64,000 nucleotides of DNA from a bacterium (lineage in GTDB: Bacteria > Vulcanimicrobiota > Xenobia > Xenobiales > JADMJV01). The translations under genes and the position numbers were made by a program. The stretch is from NCBI GenBank assembly GCA_018266105.1, contig JAFEBA010000018.1, forward strand, positions 7,258-71,257. The letters are read 5' to 3'. The notes below the pieces were generated by a model. That model was not told the origin of the DNA. It searched no databases and saw only the letters and a list, made by a program, of their open reading frames with translations. Shown here piece after piece: positions 16,558-25,119 of this stretch (the first letter of the stretch is position 1; every line of letters begins with the position of its first letter).

Positions 16558-19339
16558 GCCAGTCCTCCAAGAATCGCTGTCGCGGCAGGTAGCCGTAAAG
16601 GGCGTGAGATTCGGAGATGCCCTCCTCGGGTTGATAGTAGCGGTAGCCCACGGATGGATCGTAGCGATAGTCGGGGCCGGTATCCAGCTCCACTCCCTCC
16701 AGTTGTCGGGTCAGAAGTTCTGAAATCAGGTCCAATCCGGGGGCCACCGAAAAGCCCAGACTCGCCAGCAGGGTGCGCAACACCACATGGGCGCCGCGTC
16801 CGCTGGCCGTCAACCAGTATTTCCAGCGCAGGAGAAAGCGCCGTTCTCTTTCGTTGCTGTAGAGTCCATCGGGGTGCAGATACTGGTCCTCCCGCCAGTG
16901 CTGTTCCCACCAAGGGTCCAGACCCCGTGGGTCCTGCATGGGGTCCATGCCCGAGAGGAAAATGCCGCTCCAGGCGTGGATGAAGCCAAGCCGGTAGTTT
17001 TCAAACTCGATGGCGTTCATGCTGCTGACCACACCGATCCGGTCGGGGCTTCCGGCCCGGTAGTGGCGTCGGGAGCAGAGCCATTTGCAGATGCGATTGC
17101 GCAGTTCGGAGCAGACGAAGAGGCGGTAGAAGCGGTCCTGGGGTTGGTTGGTGTCGTGGCCGGAAAGAGCGAGGGTTACGTTCCAGAGCGGTCCGCGCAA
17201 GGCCGGCACCAGGTGCAGCAGGGCCAGGCCGACGGCCGAGGCGGTTTGCAGGGTTTGCAGATAAGGGCCGTTTCCAAAACATGGATTCGTCAGCTTTAGC
17301 TGGCCTTCCTCAGCCATCAGGTCTTGCAGCAGGCGGCTGAGGTTGGCGGCCACCTCCAGGCTGAGCGTCAGCGCCGGGCTCTCTTGTTGGTTCGGGCTTT
17401 CCACTTTGAGGGCTAATTGGAAGACGGTTTGGTCGTAGTTGCTCCAATCCAGGCCTGTGTAGGTGAGAACGAACTGGCAGGACCCATCGGGTCCGGTTCT
17501 GGCCTGATTGATGGGCGGGTCCAGGCGGGCCGTTCCGCTCGTCTGGATCTCCAGCCGGAGTTTGCTGTCGGCCAGAGTCTGGCTGGAGTCACCGTGCAGG
17601 AAGAGCAGGCACCAGGCTTCGCTGGTGGCGCGTTTCAGGCCGGGCACCAGCCAGCAGCGCAGGTCCAGGAAGCGTGGTTTGAGAGGCTGGTCGCGCAGCA
17701 GAGGCTGCTTAAGGTAGTTGGCGGGAGCGCTGGCCGAGGTTTCCACCTGCAGATGCAGGATGAGTTCTTGAGAGCGGCGCTCGGGGGCGTCCAGCAGGGG
17801 TTTGGGGGTAAGAAAGGTGAGCAGTTGCCCGCCTTCCTCCAGGCTTTGCGGGGGCAGCCAGTCAAATCCCGGCAGGGCCTCGCCCTGCAGTTTCCATTCC
17901 CAACTCCACCACTCGGGTCGCACCAGCTGGATCAGTCCGATCTCTCGCGTTCCAGGCTTGTCGCTGCGGCAGCAGGCCAGGGCCAGCTGGAGCTGATCCT
18001 CGCCGTCGGTCACCAGCTCGAAGCCTTCCAAAGTCAGATTGCGATAAAAGCGTTGGCAGGGGTCAGGCCAGCCCTGGAGGATCATCTCCAGTTGCGGTCG
18101 GACGCGATAGGACACAGTGGCGGTATAGATCTGACCGTCGGCAGCGCCGATTTTGAGGGTGGCCTGGATGCAGCCGTCGTGGTCGGCCAGGTCCGGGCCC
18201 AGAAAGGTTTCCAGGTCCAGTGGGGCGACCCGCAGGGTCAATTGACCGGGGCCTTGCTGGAGAAACTCCTTGAGCTCCAGAGCGGGGGGCTTAAATTGCA
18301 GGGTGGTGTTACCCGCATGAATTGGAAATCCAGGTTCGATTGGATGGTCTGGTTGGCCGGGCTGATGAAAGCAGGCGATGATCTCGGCAAAATCCCAGCC
18401 CTGGCGATAGAGCACGTCTTGACTGGGGTGGCCGCGGACCCAGGCGCTGAGCACCAGCTGGGGTGGAGTCAGGGTCACCTGAACCTGGGCGCTGGTCCGG
18501 GCCAGACCGGCCACGGCCGTGATCTGAAGTGGGGGGGGCTTTTGTTGGCCTGTCAGCAGCACCTGACAGGTCAGGCTGCCCTGGCCCTGGGCCGGTTGAG
18601 CTTGCAGACCGGGCGGGGCCTGAATGGAGATCAAAGCATCGGGCGCGGCCACAGGTCCGGCTGCAAGGTCAATCCTCCAGGCCGTAATGGTAAGCCCGGT
18701 GCTTTGTCCGGGCGCCAGCTGCAGCGAATCGGAGCTCAACTGTAGGGCGTAGCGTGGGGGATCGTTCTTTGGGTTTTGGCGGGTCTTGAGCTGTCGCCGG
18801 GCGATGGCCACCACGGCCGCTGCTCCTAGAGCGCCGGCTCCGACCACCAGCGTCCAGTCGGGAAGCGAGGACTGACCCGGAAAACCCGGCCGGCAGCCGG
18901 GAAAGAGGTGGGTCAGATAGTCGTCGCGTTCCTGAGCGCTGGCGAAGGCCTGTTCGACCGGAAAGGGTCCCTGCTGGGTGACGCGCTCGGGATTGGTCCA
19001 CTGGAAGGATCCGAAGTTCCAGACTTTCCCCATGGAGTTAAGTCGGCAAAAGCCGTAGCGGGTGGTGGGCGGCTGCTGGCACCGCACTTTCAGGCAGGCC
19101 ACCACGGCGCTGGCTTGGACCGGGTCAGGTATGCGAGGGTCGTGCAGCTTGCGCAGTTGCAGCTCAGAGACCGTCAGGGATTCCCCGATTTCTTGGGATA
19201 GGGTGGGCTGACGGTTCTTCCAGGCGGTCTGGATGTCGGAATCGGTGGGCATGCCCAAGGAGGGCAACCACCAGGGGTCGGCCGCGGCCGCCCAGGTCCA
19301 AGCCAACCAGAACCACAGCAGCACGAGTCGCCTGAGCAC
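16535..19339 (-). CDS. Large single-pass membrane protein (934 aa): signal peptide, extracytoplasmic domain of about 150 aa, one TM helix, and a cytoplasmic domain of about 740 aa. Function unknown.
   Basis: N-terminal MLRRLVLLWFWLAWTWAAAADP, then a hydrophobic stretch WTLVVGAGALGAAAVVAIARRQLKTR. The rest is protein-like with no recognised family. Confidence 0.6.
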   Translation of the reverse strand: MLRRLVLLWFWLAWTWAAAADPWWLPSLGMPTDSDIQTAWKNRQPTLSQEIGESLTVSELQLRKLHDPRIPDPVQASAVVACLKVRCQQPPTTRYGFCRLNSMGKVWNFGSFQWTNPERVTQQGPFPVEQAFASAQERDDYLTHLFPGCRPGFPGQSSLPDWTLVVGAGALGAAAVVAIARRQLKTRQNPKNDPPRYALQLSSDSLQLAPGQSTGLTITAWRIDLAAGPVAAPDALISIQAPPGLQAQPAQGQGSLTCQVLLTGQQKPPPLQITAVAGLARTSAQVQVTLTPPQLVLSAWVRGHPSQDVLYRQGWDFAEIIACFHQPGQPDHPIEPGFPIHAGNTTLQFKPPALELKEFLQQGPGQLTLRVAPLDLETFLGPDLADHDGCIQATLKIGAADGQIYTATVSYRVRPQLEMILQGWPDPCQRFYRNLTLEGFELVTDGEDQLQLALACCRSDKPGTREIGLIQLVRPEWWSWEWKLQGEALPGFDWLPPQSLEEGGQLLTFLTPKPLLDAPERRSQELILHLQVETSASAPANYLKQPLLRDQPLKPRFLDLRCWLVPGLKRATSEAWCLLFLHGDSSQTLADSKLRLEIQTSGTARLDPPINQARTGPDGSCQFVLTYTGLDWSNYDQTVFQLALKVESPNQQESPALTLSLEVAANLSRLLQDLMAEEGQLKLTNPCFGNGPYLQTLQTASAVGLALLHLVPALRGPLWNVTLALSGHDTNQPQDRFYRLFVCSELRNRICKWLCSRRHYRAGSPDRIGVVSSMNAIEFENYRLGFIHAWSGIFLSGMDPMQDPRGLDPWWEQHWREDQYLHPDGLYSNERERRFLLRWKYWLTASGRGAHVVLRTLLASLGFSVAPGLDLISELLTRQLEGVELDTGPDYRYDPSVGYRYYQPEEGISESHALYGYLPRQRFLEDWREQHPTP

Positions 19340-19384
19340 ATGTTAATCCTGGCCGAGGGGGGGGTCAAAGAACTATGACGCGGA

Positions 19385-19816
19385 TCAAGCGGCCTGGCAT
19401 TCCTCCAGCAACTGGTCCACGCGCTGGGCGTGGTCTTCGATCAGCTCGAGGGTGGCGTTGGCGAAGGCGGCACCCCCGGCTTCCAGTTGCCCCAGCAGGG
19501 TGTCCACGGTCCCGGCCAGTTCCACATAGACCTTGGCCGAGGCGGCGATGACGGGGCTGTCACCCAGGGCGTGGAGCTGGTCGGCCACACGCCAGATGCC
19601 GTCCAGGAAGCGTTCGCAAAAGTTGAGCAAGTCGTCGCTGATGTCTCCGTAGGCCACGGCGCTTTCCACTCGCTGGCGCAGTTCCATAACCTTGGCCCGC
19701 ATTGGTTTAGGACCATTGCTCTGGACCCGTTCGTCCACGGTCAGGTCGAGTTGGCCGCTGGGGTTGGCCAGAAACTGGTTTCGGCGAGCCATTTGCTTGA
19801 AGAGTTCGAAGTTCAC
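19385..19816 (-). CDS. Small all-helical hypothetical protein (143 aa), translationally coupled (ATGA) to the upstream papain-fold protein.
   Basis: Its ATG overlaps the stop of 19813..20925. Helical composition, no signal peptide. Confidence 0.5.
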   Translation of the reverse strand: MNFELFKQMARRNQFLANPSGQLDLTVDERVQSNGPKPMRAKVMELRQRVESAVAYGDISDDLLNFCERFLDGIWRVADQLHALGDSPVIAASAKVYVELAGTVDTLLGQLEAGGAAFANATLELIEDHAQRVDQLLEECQAA

Positions 19817-20925
19817 TGGGCCTCCGCGCTTTTGGGTCGATAGACTTTGACATCCGGCAGGTGGTTGTAGGGACCAATTTCGGAATACTCAATGGTCGGG
19901 TTCTTGGCCCGGTCATCGTAGGTGCCCCAGCGGTCATTGGCGGCGTTGTAGACCCACTTGCGTCGGTCCACCCCACCCACTTCGTTCTGGGCGCTGCGGG
20001 TTTTCCAGTCGCCGCCGGCGCCCCAGGAGGAGTCGAGGGTGTAGACATGCACCTCGGCATTGTGGCCGGACCCCTGCCAGAATTCGTTTTTGGAATTGTG
20101 CAGCTTGGCCACTTTGTCGGCGCTCATGGTGGTGTGGTCGTAGACCGAGACCCAGTGGCCGGCTTCACCGGGGCTAGGGTCAGTGAGACGGATGATATCT
20201 CCGGCTCGGGCCCGGATCGGTTTGCCCGCCTGTTGCGGCACGCGGCTGAACTGTTCAGGCGAGAGGCTTTGCTGCAGGGAATCGCCGTTGCGGTTGACTC
20301 CGCCCAGGCCCAGGTCGCGGCCGGCGGCTTTGCTGGCCGCCTGGGCCACGTAGCCGGCGCAGTCGCTGCCCAGACCGAACTCCCATTGGAGCTTGCGAAC
20401 GCGGGCCGAATCGGTGGTATGGTCGCCGCTGGCGGGTGGGAGCTTGCCTGCGTCGATGAGGGCCTGGGTGACCAACTTGAGTTGTTCGGGAGTGGCTCGG
20501 CCCATGCCAGCGGCCGAGGCGGCCGAGCGCAGGGCCGGGTTCTGTTTGATTTCCGGTAAGGCCTCGCCGACCTTCGCCATGGTGTTGATCCGGCCCTTAG
20601 AGGGTTCTTTTCCCTCAGGGTCACTGAGGCCGCCTTCCATTTGGAACTGGGGAAAGACTTTGACGGTGCGTGGGGCCTCGCCGGGAGTATCGGACGGAAT
20701 GGTGTAGGTCGAGCGCATGCTGTTGCGAAAATCGTCCAGCCGGGCCTGGGTCACTTTCTTGTCGTAGGGGGGCACCACCGGAGCGGTGGGAGCCGTGCCA
20801 ACCAGTCCGCCCAGCGCTTCGTTGGCCGCCTGGCGCAATCTTTCGAAGGGATTGAAGCCGGCGCTCTGAGTGGCCTGGAGGCGCTGGACCGGAGAGGTTC
20901 GCTGTTCTGTGTTGATGACCGCCAT
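19813..20925 (-). CDS. NlpC/P60- or CHAP-like (papain-fold Cys/His) domain protein with a disordered N-terminal region of about 190 aa. No signal peptide.
   Basis: …GSDCAGYVAQA… and, about 60 residues later, …GDIIRLTDPSPGEAGHWVSVYDH…. Spacing and context match the NlpC/P60 catalytic Cys and the GD…(G)HVGIY His motif. Confidence 0.5.
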   Translation of the reverse strand: MAVINTEQRTSPVQRLQATQSAGFNPFERLRQAANEALGGLVGTAPTAPVVPPYDKKVTQARLDDFRNSMRSTYTIPSDTPGEAPRTVKVFPQFQMEGGLSDPEGKEPSKGRINTMAKVGEALPEIKQNPALRSAASAAGMGRATPEQLKLVTQALIDAGKLPPASGDHTTDSARVRKLQWEFGLGSDCAGYVAQAASKAAGRDLGLGGVNRNGDSLQQSLSPEQFSRVPQQAGKPIRARAGDIIRLTDPSPGEAGHWVSVYDHTTMSADKVAKLHNSKNEFWQGSGHNAEVHVYTLDSSWGAGGDWKTRSAQNEVGGVDRRKWVYNAANDRWGTYDDRAKNPTIEYSEIGPYNHLPDVKVYRPKSAEAQ

Positions 20926-21026
20926 GGCCTCAGGTTAGCGGCTGAGTGGCCTCTGGAGAGCCAAGCAGATATAAAAAAGCGACAGTGGATGTTGCCAGCA
21001 GGTAAACTGTTGTAAACAGTCCGTTG

Positions 21027-21254
21027 TTAGCAGGCTTCCGGCAGGGGATTGACTTCTCGCGAGCAGCGGGGCAGGCTGGCGGTGAGTTGACTGGCCTGGT
21101 CGGAGGCGCGCAGGATTTCGCGTAGCAGTTCGGCCCGGTCATCATTCGGGTCCAGGTCGAGCAGCAGCAGATCGGCATAGCCTTGGATGACGCTGAGCAG
21201 GTTGTTGAGTTGATGCGCCTTTTGGGCCAGTTCGGAACGAGCGGGTTGTCTCAT
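21027..21254 (-). CDS. HisKA (DHp) dimerisation/phosphoacceptor domain only (75 aa). No HATPase domain follows.
   Basis: ELAQKAHQLNNLLSVIQGYADLLLLDL is a canonical H-box. It is in the same reading frame as the upstream PAS gene, separated by one TGA plus 26 codons. Confidence 0.55.
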   Translation of the reverse strand: MRQPARSELAQKAHQLNNLLSVIQGYADLLLLDLDPNDDRAELLREILRASDQASQLTASLPRCSREVNPLPEAC

Positions 21255-21332
21255 ACTCTGGTTATGCCCTCGAGTTGATCTGTCGGCCTGGTATTTTCGA
21301 CCGACTTGGCCCCCTGGTAGATTTGTAAGAGG

Positions 21333-21893
21333 TCAGCGAGCCACCAGGGCTTCCCGGTCCAGAATTTGGTTGAGAGTTTCAAAAAAGAAGCGGTCGTACT
21401 CGGTTCCGAGGCTGGCCAGCAATCCCAGAAGATGTTGGCAGGAGGCCTCGGCCGCCTTTTTGGGGTTGCTGAAGGTGGCTTCCAGGTCCAGCATTTGTTT
21501 GTAAATGGGCTTGAGGGCCTCGATCATCTGGCGCGGAGGCAGGCGGCGGTTGCTGTGGTAGCCCACCAGCCTTCCGTCAGCGGCGTAACTGGGGGAGACA
21601 TGGGCCAGCACCCAGTAGTGGCAGCCGTCCTTGGCCAGGTTGAGCACGATCGCGAAGACTTCGTGGCCCGCGGCCAATCGGTCCCAAAGGAGTTTGAAGG
21701 CGCCTCGAGGCATGTCGGGGTGGCGGATGATGTTGTGAGGTTTGCCCAGCAGTTCGTGCTCTGGGTAGGCGGCGATTTTGCAGAAGACGCGGTTGGCGTA
21801 AGTGATAATGCCTTTGGGATCGGTCTTGCTGACAATCACTTCTTCGGGTTGGAAGACCCGCTCAATTCCATTTGGGATGACCATACTGTTCAA
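21333..21893 (-). CDS. PAS-domain sensor protein (Aer-like PAS, 186 aa).
   Basis: TDPKGIITYANRVFCKIAAYPEHELLGKPHNIIRHPDMP…KDGCHYWV is the typical PAS pattern found in Aer-type sensors. Confidence 0.75.
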   Translation of the reverse strand: MNSMVIPNGIERVFQPEEVIVSKTDPKGIITYANRVFCKIAAYPEHELLGKPHNIIRHPDMPRGAFKLLWDRLAAGHEVFAIVLNLAKDGCHYWVLAHVSPSYAADGRLVGYHSNRRLPPRQMIEALKPIYKQMLDLEATFSNPKKAAEASCQHLLGLLASLGTEYDRFFFETLNQILDREALVAR

Positions 21894-21942
21894 GTCGGCA
21901 GACTGGGCCAGAGCTTAAGCGCGCGGGGCGCGCGGGCGCAAC

Positions 21943-21966
21943 AAAAAAGCCCCGTTTCCGGGGCTT
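21943..21966 (-). terminator. Rho-independent terminator for the minus-strand gene 21990..22472.
   Basis: The reverse strand reads GCCCCGGAAACGGGGCTTTTTT: a GC-rich hairpin plus a T-tract, immediately downstream of the gene's stop. Confidence 0.6.
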
Positions 21967-21989
21967 TGCGTCAGCCTGGGGGATCGGGT

Positions 21990-22472
21990 CTATCGGGCCA
22001 CCAGGAATTCACCGGTGCATTTGGGGATACCGAAGTCGTCGGTCTGGGGCTGGCCGTCCACCATGACCAGCATATTGGATCCGATCATCCACTGGCCATT
22101 GTCGTGGATGGCGTTGAGGTAGGCGGGCGCGCCGTTGAAGACGGTGGCCATCTCAAAGGACTGCTTGTCACCACCGGTTTTGTGAATCAACACGGTCTCG
22201 GGACCGTCGCCGCAGGCCTCCAGGCTCTGGTAGGGCTTGCCCTGGAGGGCCGCCGCGGTGAGTTTGAGACTGCCTTCGGCCGGGTCATCGTCCATGCCCG
22301 GCTTGTTGTCCAGGCCGCTGATGCGCTGGACTTCTTCCAGGTTGTCGCGCAACGAGATGAACTGCATCAGCTCCATCTCCGGGCCGTGCTTCTCAGCTCC
22401 TTCGCCCAGGCTGCCGGTTTTGCGAAACCGATCGAATGCGTTTTGTACAGGTGCGGGAAGTTGGATTTTCAT
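21990..22472 (-). CDS. Hypothetical protein (160 aa).
   Basis: ORF with protein-like composition followed by its own terminator. Confidence 0.5.
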   Translation of the reverse strand: MKIQLPAPVQNAFDRFRKTGSLGEGAEKHGPEMELMQFISLRDNLEEVQRISGLDNKPGMDDDPAEGSLKLTAAALQGKPYQSLEACGDGPETVLIHKTGGDKQSFEMATVFNGAPAYLNAIHDNGQWMIGSNMLVMVDGQPQTDDFGIPKCTGEFLVAR

Positions 22473-22567
22473 ACTGCCTCCGAAACGATGTGTGTCTGTG
22501 TTCTATTTGTGTAGGCTGTAGTGTAGCGGGGGCAGGTGGCAAAAAGGTGATTTGATTCGAGCGTTTG

Positions 22568-23200
22568 TTAAAAGATTTTTACCGGGTTGGGCATGATTGG
22601 GACAAGACCCTGTTGGGCGGCGCTGTTGATCAATTGGCTTCGGTCCAGGGTGCCAAAAGTCTGGAAGAGTTCGCGTAGTTCCGCTTTGATGGTGCTGCAC
22701 GAGTAGTGCAGGTGGGCGGCGATTTCCTGGTTGGTTTGGCCCTGGGTCATGCCGCGCAAGATGCGCATCTGACGCAACGAGATGTAGCGTTCTTTGCGAC
22801 GCGTGCTGCGCATGGGTGCGGGCTGGCTGACCACGGCCTGAATGGCGGCCATCAGTTGGTGGGCGTCGTTTTCTTTGCTGATCATGGCGCTGGCACCGGC
22901 GCGCATGAGGCTGTGGTAGCTGAGCTGGCTCCAGTTGGGTGTCAGGGCCAGCACCGGCAGTTGCTGGTCCAACTGGCGCAGGCTGTGCAGGACTTCCAGC
23001 CCGGATTGGTCCATCAAATTGAGGGAAAGCAGCAGCAGCGAGGGCTGCAGGCTTTGGATCAGCTCCAGGCAGTGGCTGCCGGAATCGGTTTCGGCCACCA
23101 CCGAAAAACCCTGGCCGGTGAGCAGCCGTGCCAGGCCGGCCCTGAAGAGGCGATGTTCGTCGGCCAGCACCACCCGGGTGAGGCACCTCGGTGGGTTCAT
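22568..23200 (-). CDS. Two-component response regulator, NarL/FixJ (LuxR-type HTH) family.
   Basis: N-terminal receiver domain (VVLADEH…) and a C-terminal LuxR HTH (…LRQMRILRGMTQGQTNQEIAAHLHYSCSTIKAELRELF…). Confidence 0.85.
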   Translation of the reverse strand: MNPPRCLTRVVLADEHRLFRAGLARLLTGQGFSVVAETDSGSHCLELIQSLQPSLLLLSLNLMDQSGLEVLHSLRQLDQQLPVLALTPNWSQLSYHSLMRAGASAMISKENDAHQLMAAIQAVVSQPAPMRSTRRKERYISLRQMRILRGMTQGQTNQEIAAHLHYSCSTIKAELRELFQTFGTLDRSQLINSAAQQGLVPIMPNPVKIF

Positions 23201-23829
23201 ATGGCGTCCTTGAAGAGCGGATGTCTTTCCCGGGGTTGGGTCACCAGGCCCTGGATGGCAGCTTCGCAGGCCAGGTGGGTGCGGTCGGCGCAGCCCAGAG
23301 TCTGAAAGAGGGCGTTAATTTCCATTTTGACGGTGCCGCGCGAGATGTGCAGGTGGGCGGCGATCTGATCGTTGGTCAGGCCGTAAACCACCCCCTCCAG
23401 AATGCGCTGCTGGCGGGAGGTGATGTGACCGGTGCACTCGCGGGCGATGCCGGGAGTGATATAGCGGCCCCCGCCAACCACCAGACGCACGGCTTCCATC
23501 AGTTCTTCGGGGCTGGCGTTCTTGGATAGGAAGCCGTTGGCACCCGCCTCCACCGAGCTTTTGAGACGGAAGGCGGTGGCCGCGCCCGTCACCACCAGAG
23601 TGGGCACGGCCCAGCCCTGAAGGCGCAAGGAACGCAGCACCTGGACCCCGTCCATGTCCGGCAGGGCCAGGTCCAGGATCAAAAGATCGGGCCGATGGCG
23701 TTCGATCAAATCGAGCGCCTCGGCCCCGTAACTGGTTTCAGCCACCAGGTCCACACCCAGAGGGGTGAGGATACTGGCCAGGCTGGCACGCACCAGACTC
23801 TGGTCTTCTATCAGGATGGCGCGGATCAA
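23197..23829 (-). CDS. Two-component response regulator, NarL/FixJ family. ATGA overlap with the downstream paralogue.
   Basis: Receiver motifs (ILIEDQ…LLILDLALPDMDG) and a LuxR HTH (…LTNDQIAAHLHISRGTVKMEINALF…). Confidence 0.85.
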   Translation of the reverse strand: MIRAILIEDQSLVRASLASILTPLGVDLVAETSYGAEALDLIERHRPDLLILDLALPDMDGVQVLRSLRLQGWAVPTLVVTGAATAFRLKSSVEAGANGFLSKNASPEELMEAVRLVVGGGRYITPGIARECTGHITSRQQRILEGVVYGLTNDQIAAHLHISRGTVKMEINALFQTLGCADRTHLACEAAIQGLVTQPRERHPLFKDAI

Positions 23830-24045
23830 GCGGTTCTACCCCCGAACGATTTTGACGGATTGTGGGTTCCATCGCATGCAGCGCAGTTCCCTCGTCTATT
23901 CTGACGAGATTCGCCTCATTTGGCAAAAATGGCGAATTCTTGTTAATCCGTTTGGATGATCCGATACGATGAGATTCACCATATTCGTTCAGGTGGCGCA
24001 GGGCCTTGCAGCTGTCTTGGAAGGGGTTCGTGGTGAAATTATACA

Positions 24046-24921
24046 ATGCGCCCGGCCATGCTTTGGCTGCTGATCGTCCTCTTTTTGACGGTTCCAGCGC
24101 TGGCGCGCGATCTGCCGCCGGTGCTGTTGTTGCTCAACGGCACCGGTTCGGCGGGGAAGTCTTCAATTGGACGGGCTCTGGAGAAGAGCTTGCGCCATGC
24201 CACCTTTTTGAGCGAAGAGCGGCTGGTTTTCCTGGCCTATGCCGAGATTCTCAAGCGGCGTGGGCTGAGGCCCAAGAAACCGCTGCACGACCTGGTGGAT
24301 TTAATGGATTTTCGGGCTCATCTGCCGGCCCTCACCGAGGCCAGTCTGCGTCGGGAGTTTCGCCGCCAGGGTTGCGACTTGATCGGTCAGGAGACGCGTC
24401 GGCAGATCGAGCTGGCTGCTCGTCAGGGCTATGATTTCATTTTGCTGGACGACACCTTGTGGAAGCCCGAGCAGGTGGAGCAGTGGCACCAGCGCTGCCT
24501 GGGCTACCGTAGCTTCCATGTGGTGGTCTACTGCCCGCTGAGCAGTCTGCTGGAGCACGTGAAGCGCCGCAATCAGTCGGTCTACGCCTATGAGCACCGC
24601 GATCTGGCCCTGCCCCTGGAAATGTATTTTTCGATGTATCCGCCCAGTCAGGGGGAGGCCGGCATCGACACTCTCGCGCCGGAACAGTTGGAGCGCGATC
24701 TGCGCGCCTGCGCGGCTTATCAGCGCGAGCTGAAGGGCGAGGACCTACCCATCGGCCAGTATCTGCAGCGGATGAGGGCGGTGGTCAGAATCGCGCCCTT
24801 TTTTCACTATGACCTGATGGTCAATACGGGTCTGAATTCGACCGAACAGTGCGTGGAGCAGATCGAGGTGGAGCTGGCCCGGCGCTTTCAGGGTTCTTGC
24901 ACGATCAAGGCCAGCAAGTAG
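24046..24921 (+). CDS. P-loop kinase of the chloramphenicol-phosphotransferase-like (CPT) family with an N-terminal signal peptide.
   Basis: Signal peptide MRPAMLWLLIVLFLTVPALA. Walker A LLLNGTGSAGKSSIGRAL is very close to the CPT MIILNGGSSAGKS. A later acidic DD motif sits in FILLDDTLW. Confidence 0.55.
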   Translation: MRPAMLWLLIVLFLTVPALARDLPPVLLLLNGTGSAGKSSIGRALEKSLRHATFLSEERLVFLAYAEILKRRGLRPKKPLHDLVDLMDFRAHLPALTEASLRREFRRQGCDLIGQETRRQIELAARQGYDFILLDDTLWKPEQVEQWHQRCLGYRSFHVVVYCPLSSLLEHVKRRNQSVYAYEHRDLALPLEMYFSMYPPSQGEAGIDTLAPEQLERDLRACAAYQRELKGEDLPIGQYLQRMRAVVRIAPFFHYDLMVNTGLNSTEQCVEQIEVELARRFQGSCTIKASK

Positions 24922-25034
24922 GCGAGCGCGGCGCTGACCCCGGTCATCAACAAAATGCCGGCTCCCCGCGTGATGATTAGCGAGAGCACCAGTCCGAAGG
25001 TGGCACCGGCCAGCAAGGCGCGATTTGGTCTCAT
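24893..25034 (-). CDS. Possible small membrane peptide (about 47 aa; MRPNRALLAGATFGLVLSLIITRGAGILLMTGVSAALAYLLALIVQEP). Speculative.
   Basis: Hand translation of the reverse strand. A single glycine-zipper-like TM segment. It overlaps the 3' end of the kinase gene by about 28 nt and is below the length cutoff of the ORF track. Confidence 0.2.
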
Positions 25035-25119
25035 GGGTGTCCCTTCGAGTTTAACATCACGCTAACATTCTTCGAGGGCGATTTGCGTTTTGCTCACGGC
25101 CGGTCTCTAAGCTGAACCG

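Noticed and set aside
15853-16983. 376 aa plus-strand ORF across the zinc-ribbon gene and the start of the 934 aa gene.
   Set aside because: Ala/Gly/Pro/Arg-rich antisense artefact. The opposite strand encodes a clear double zinc ribbon.
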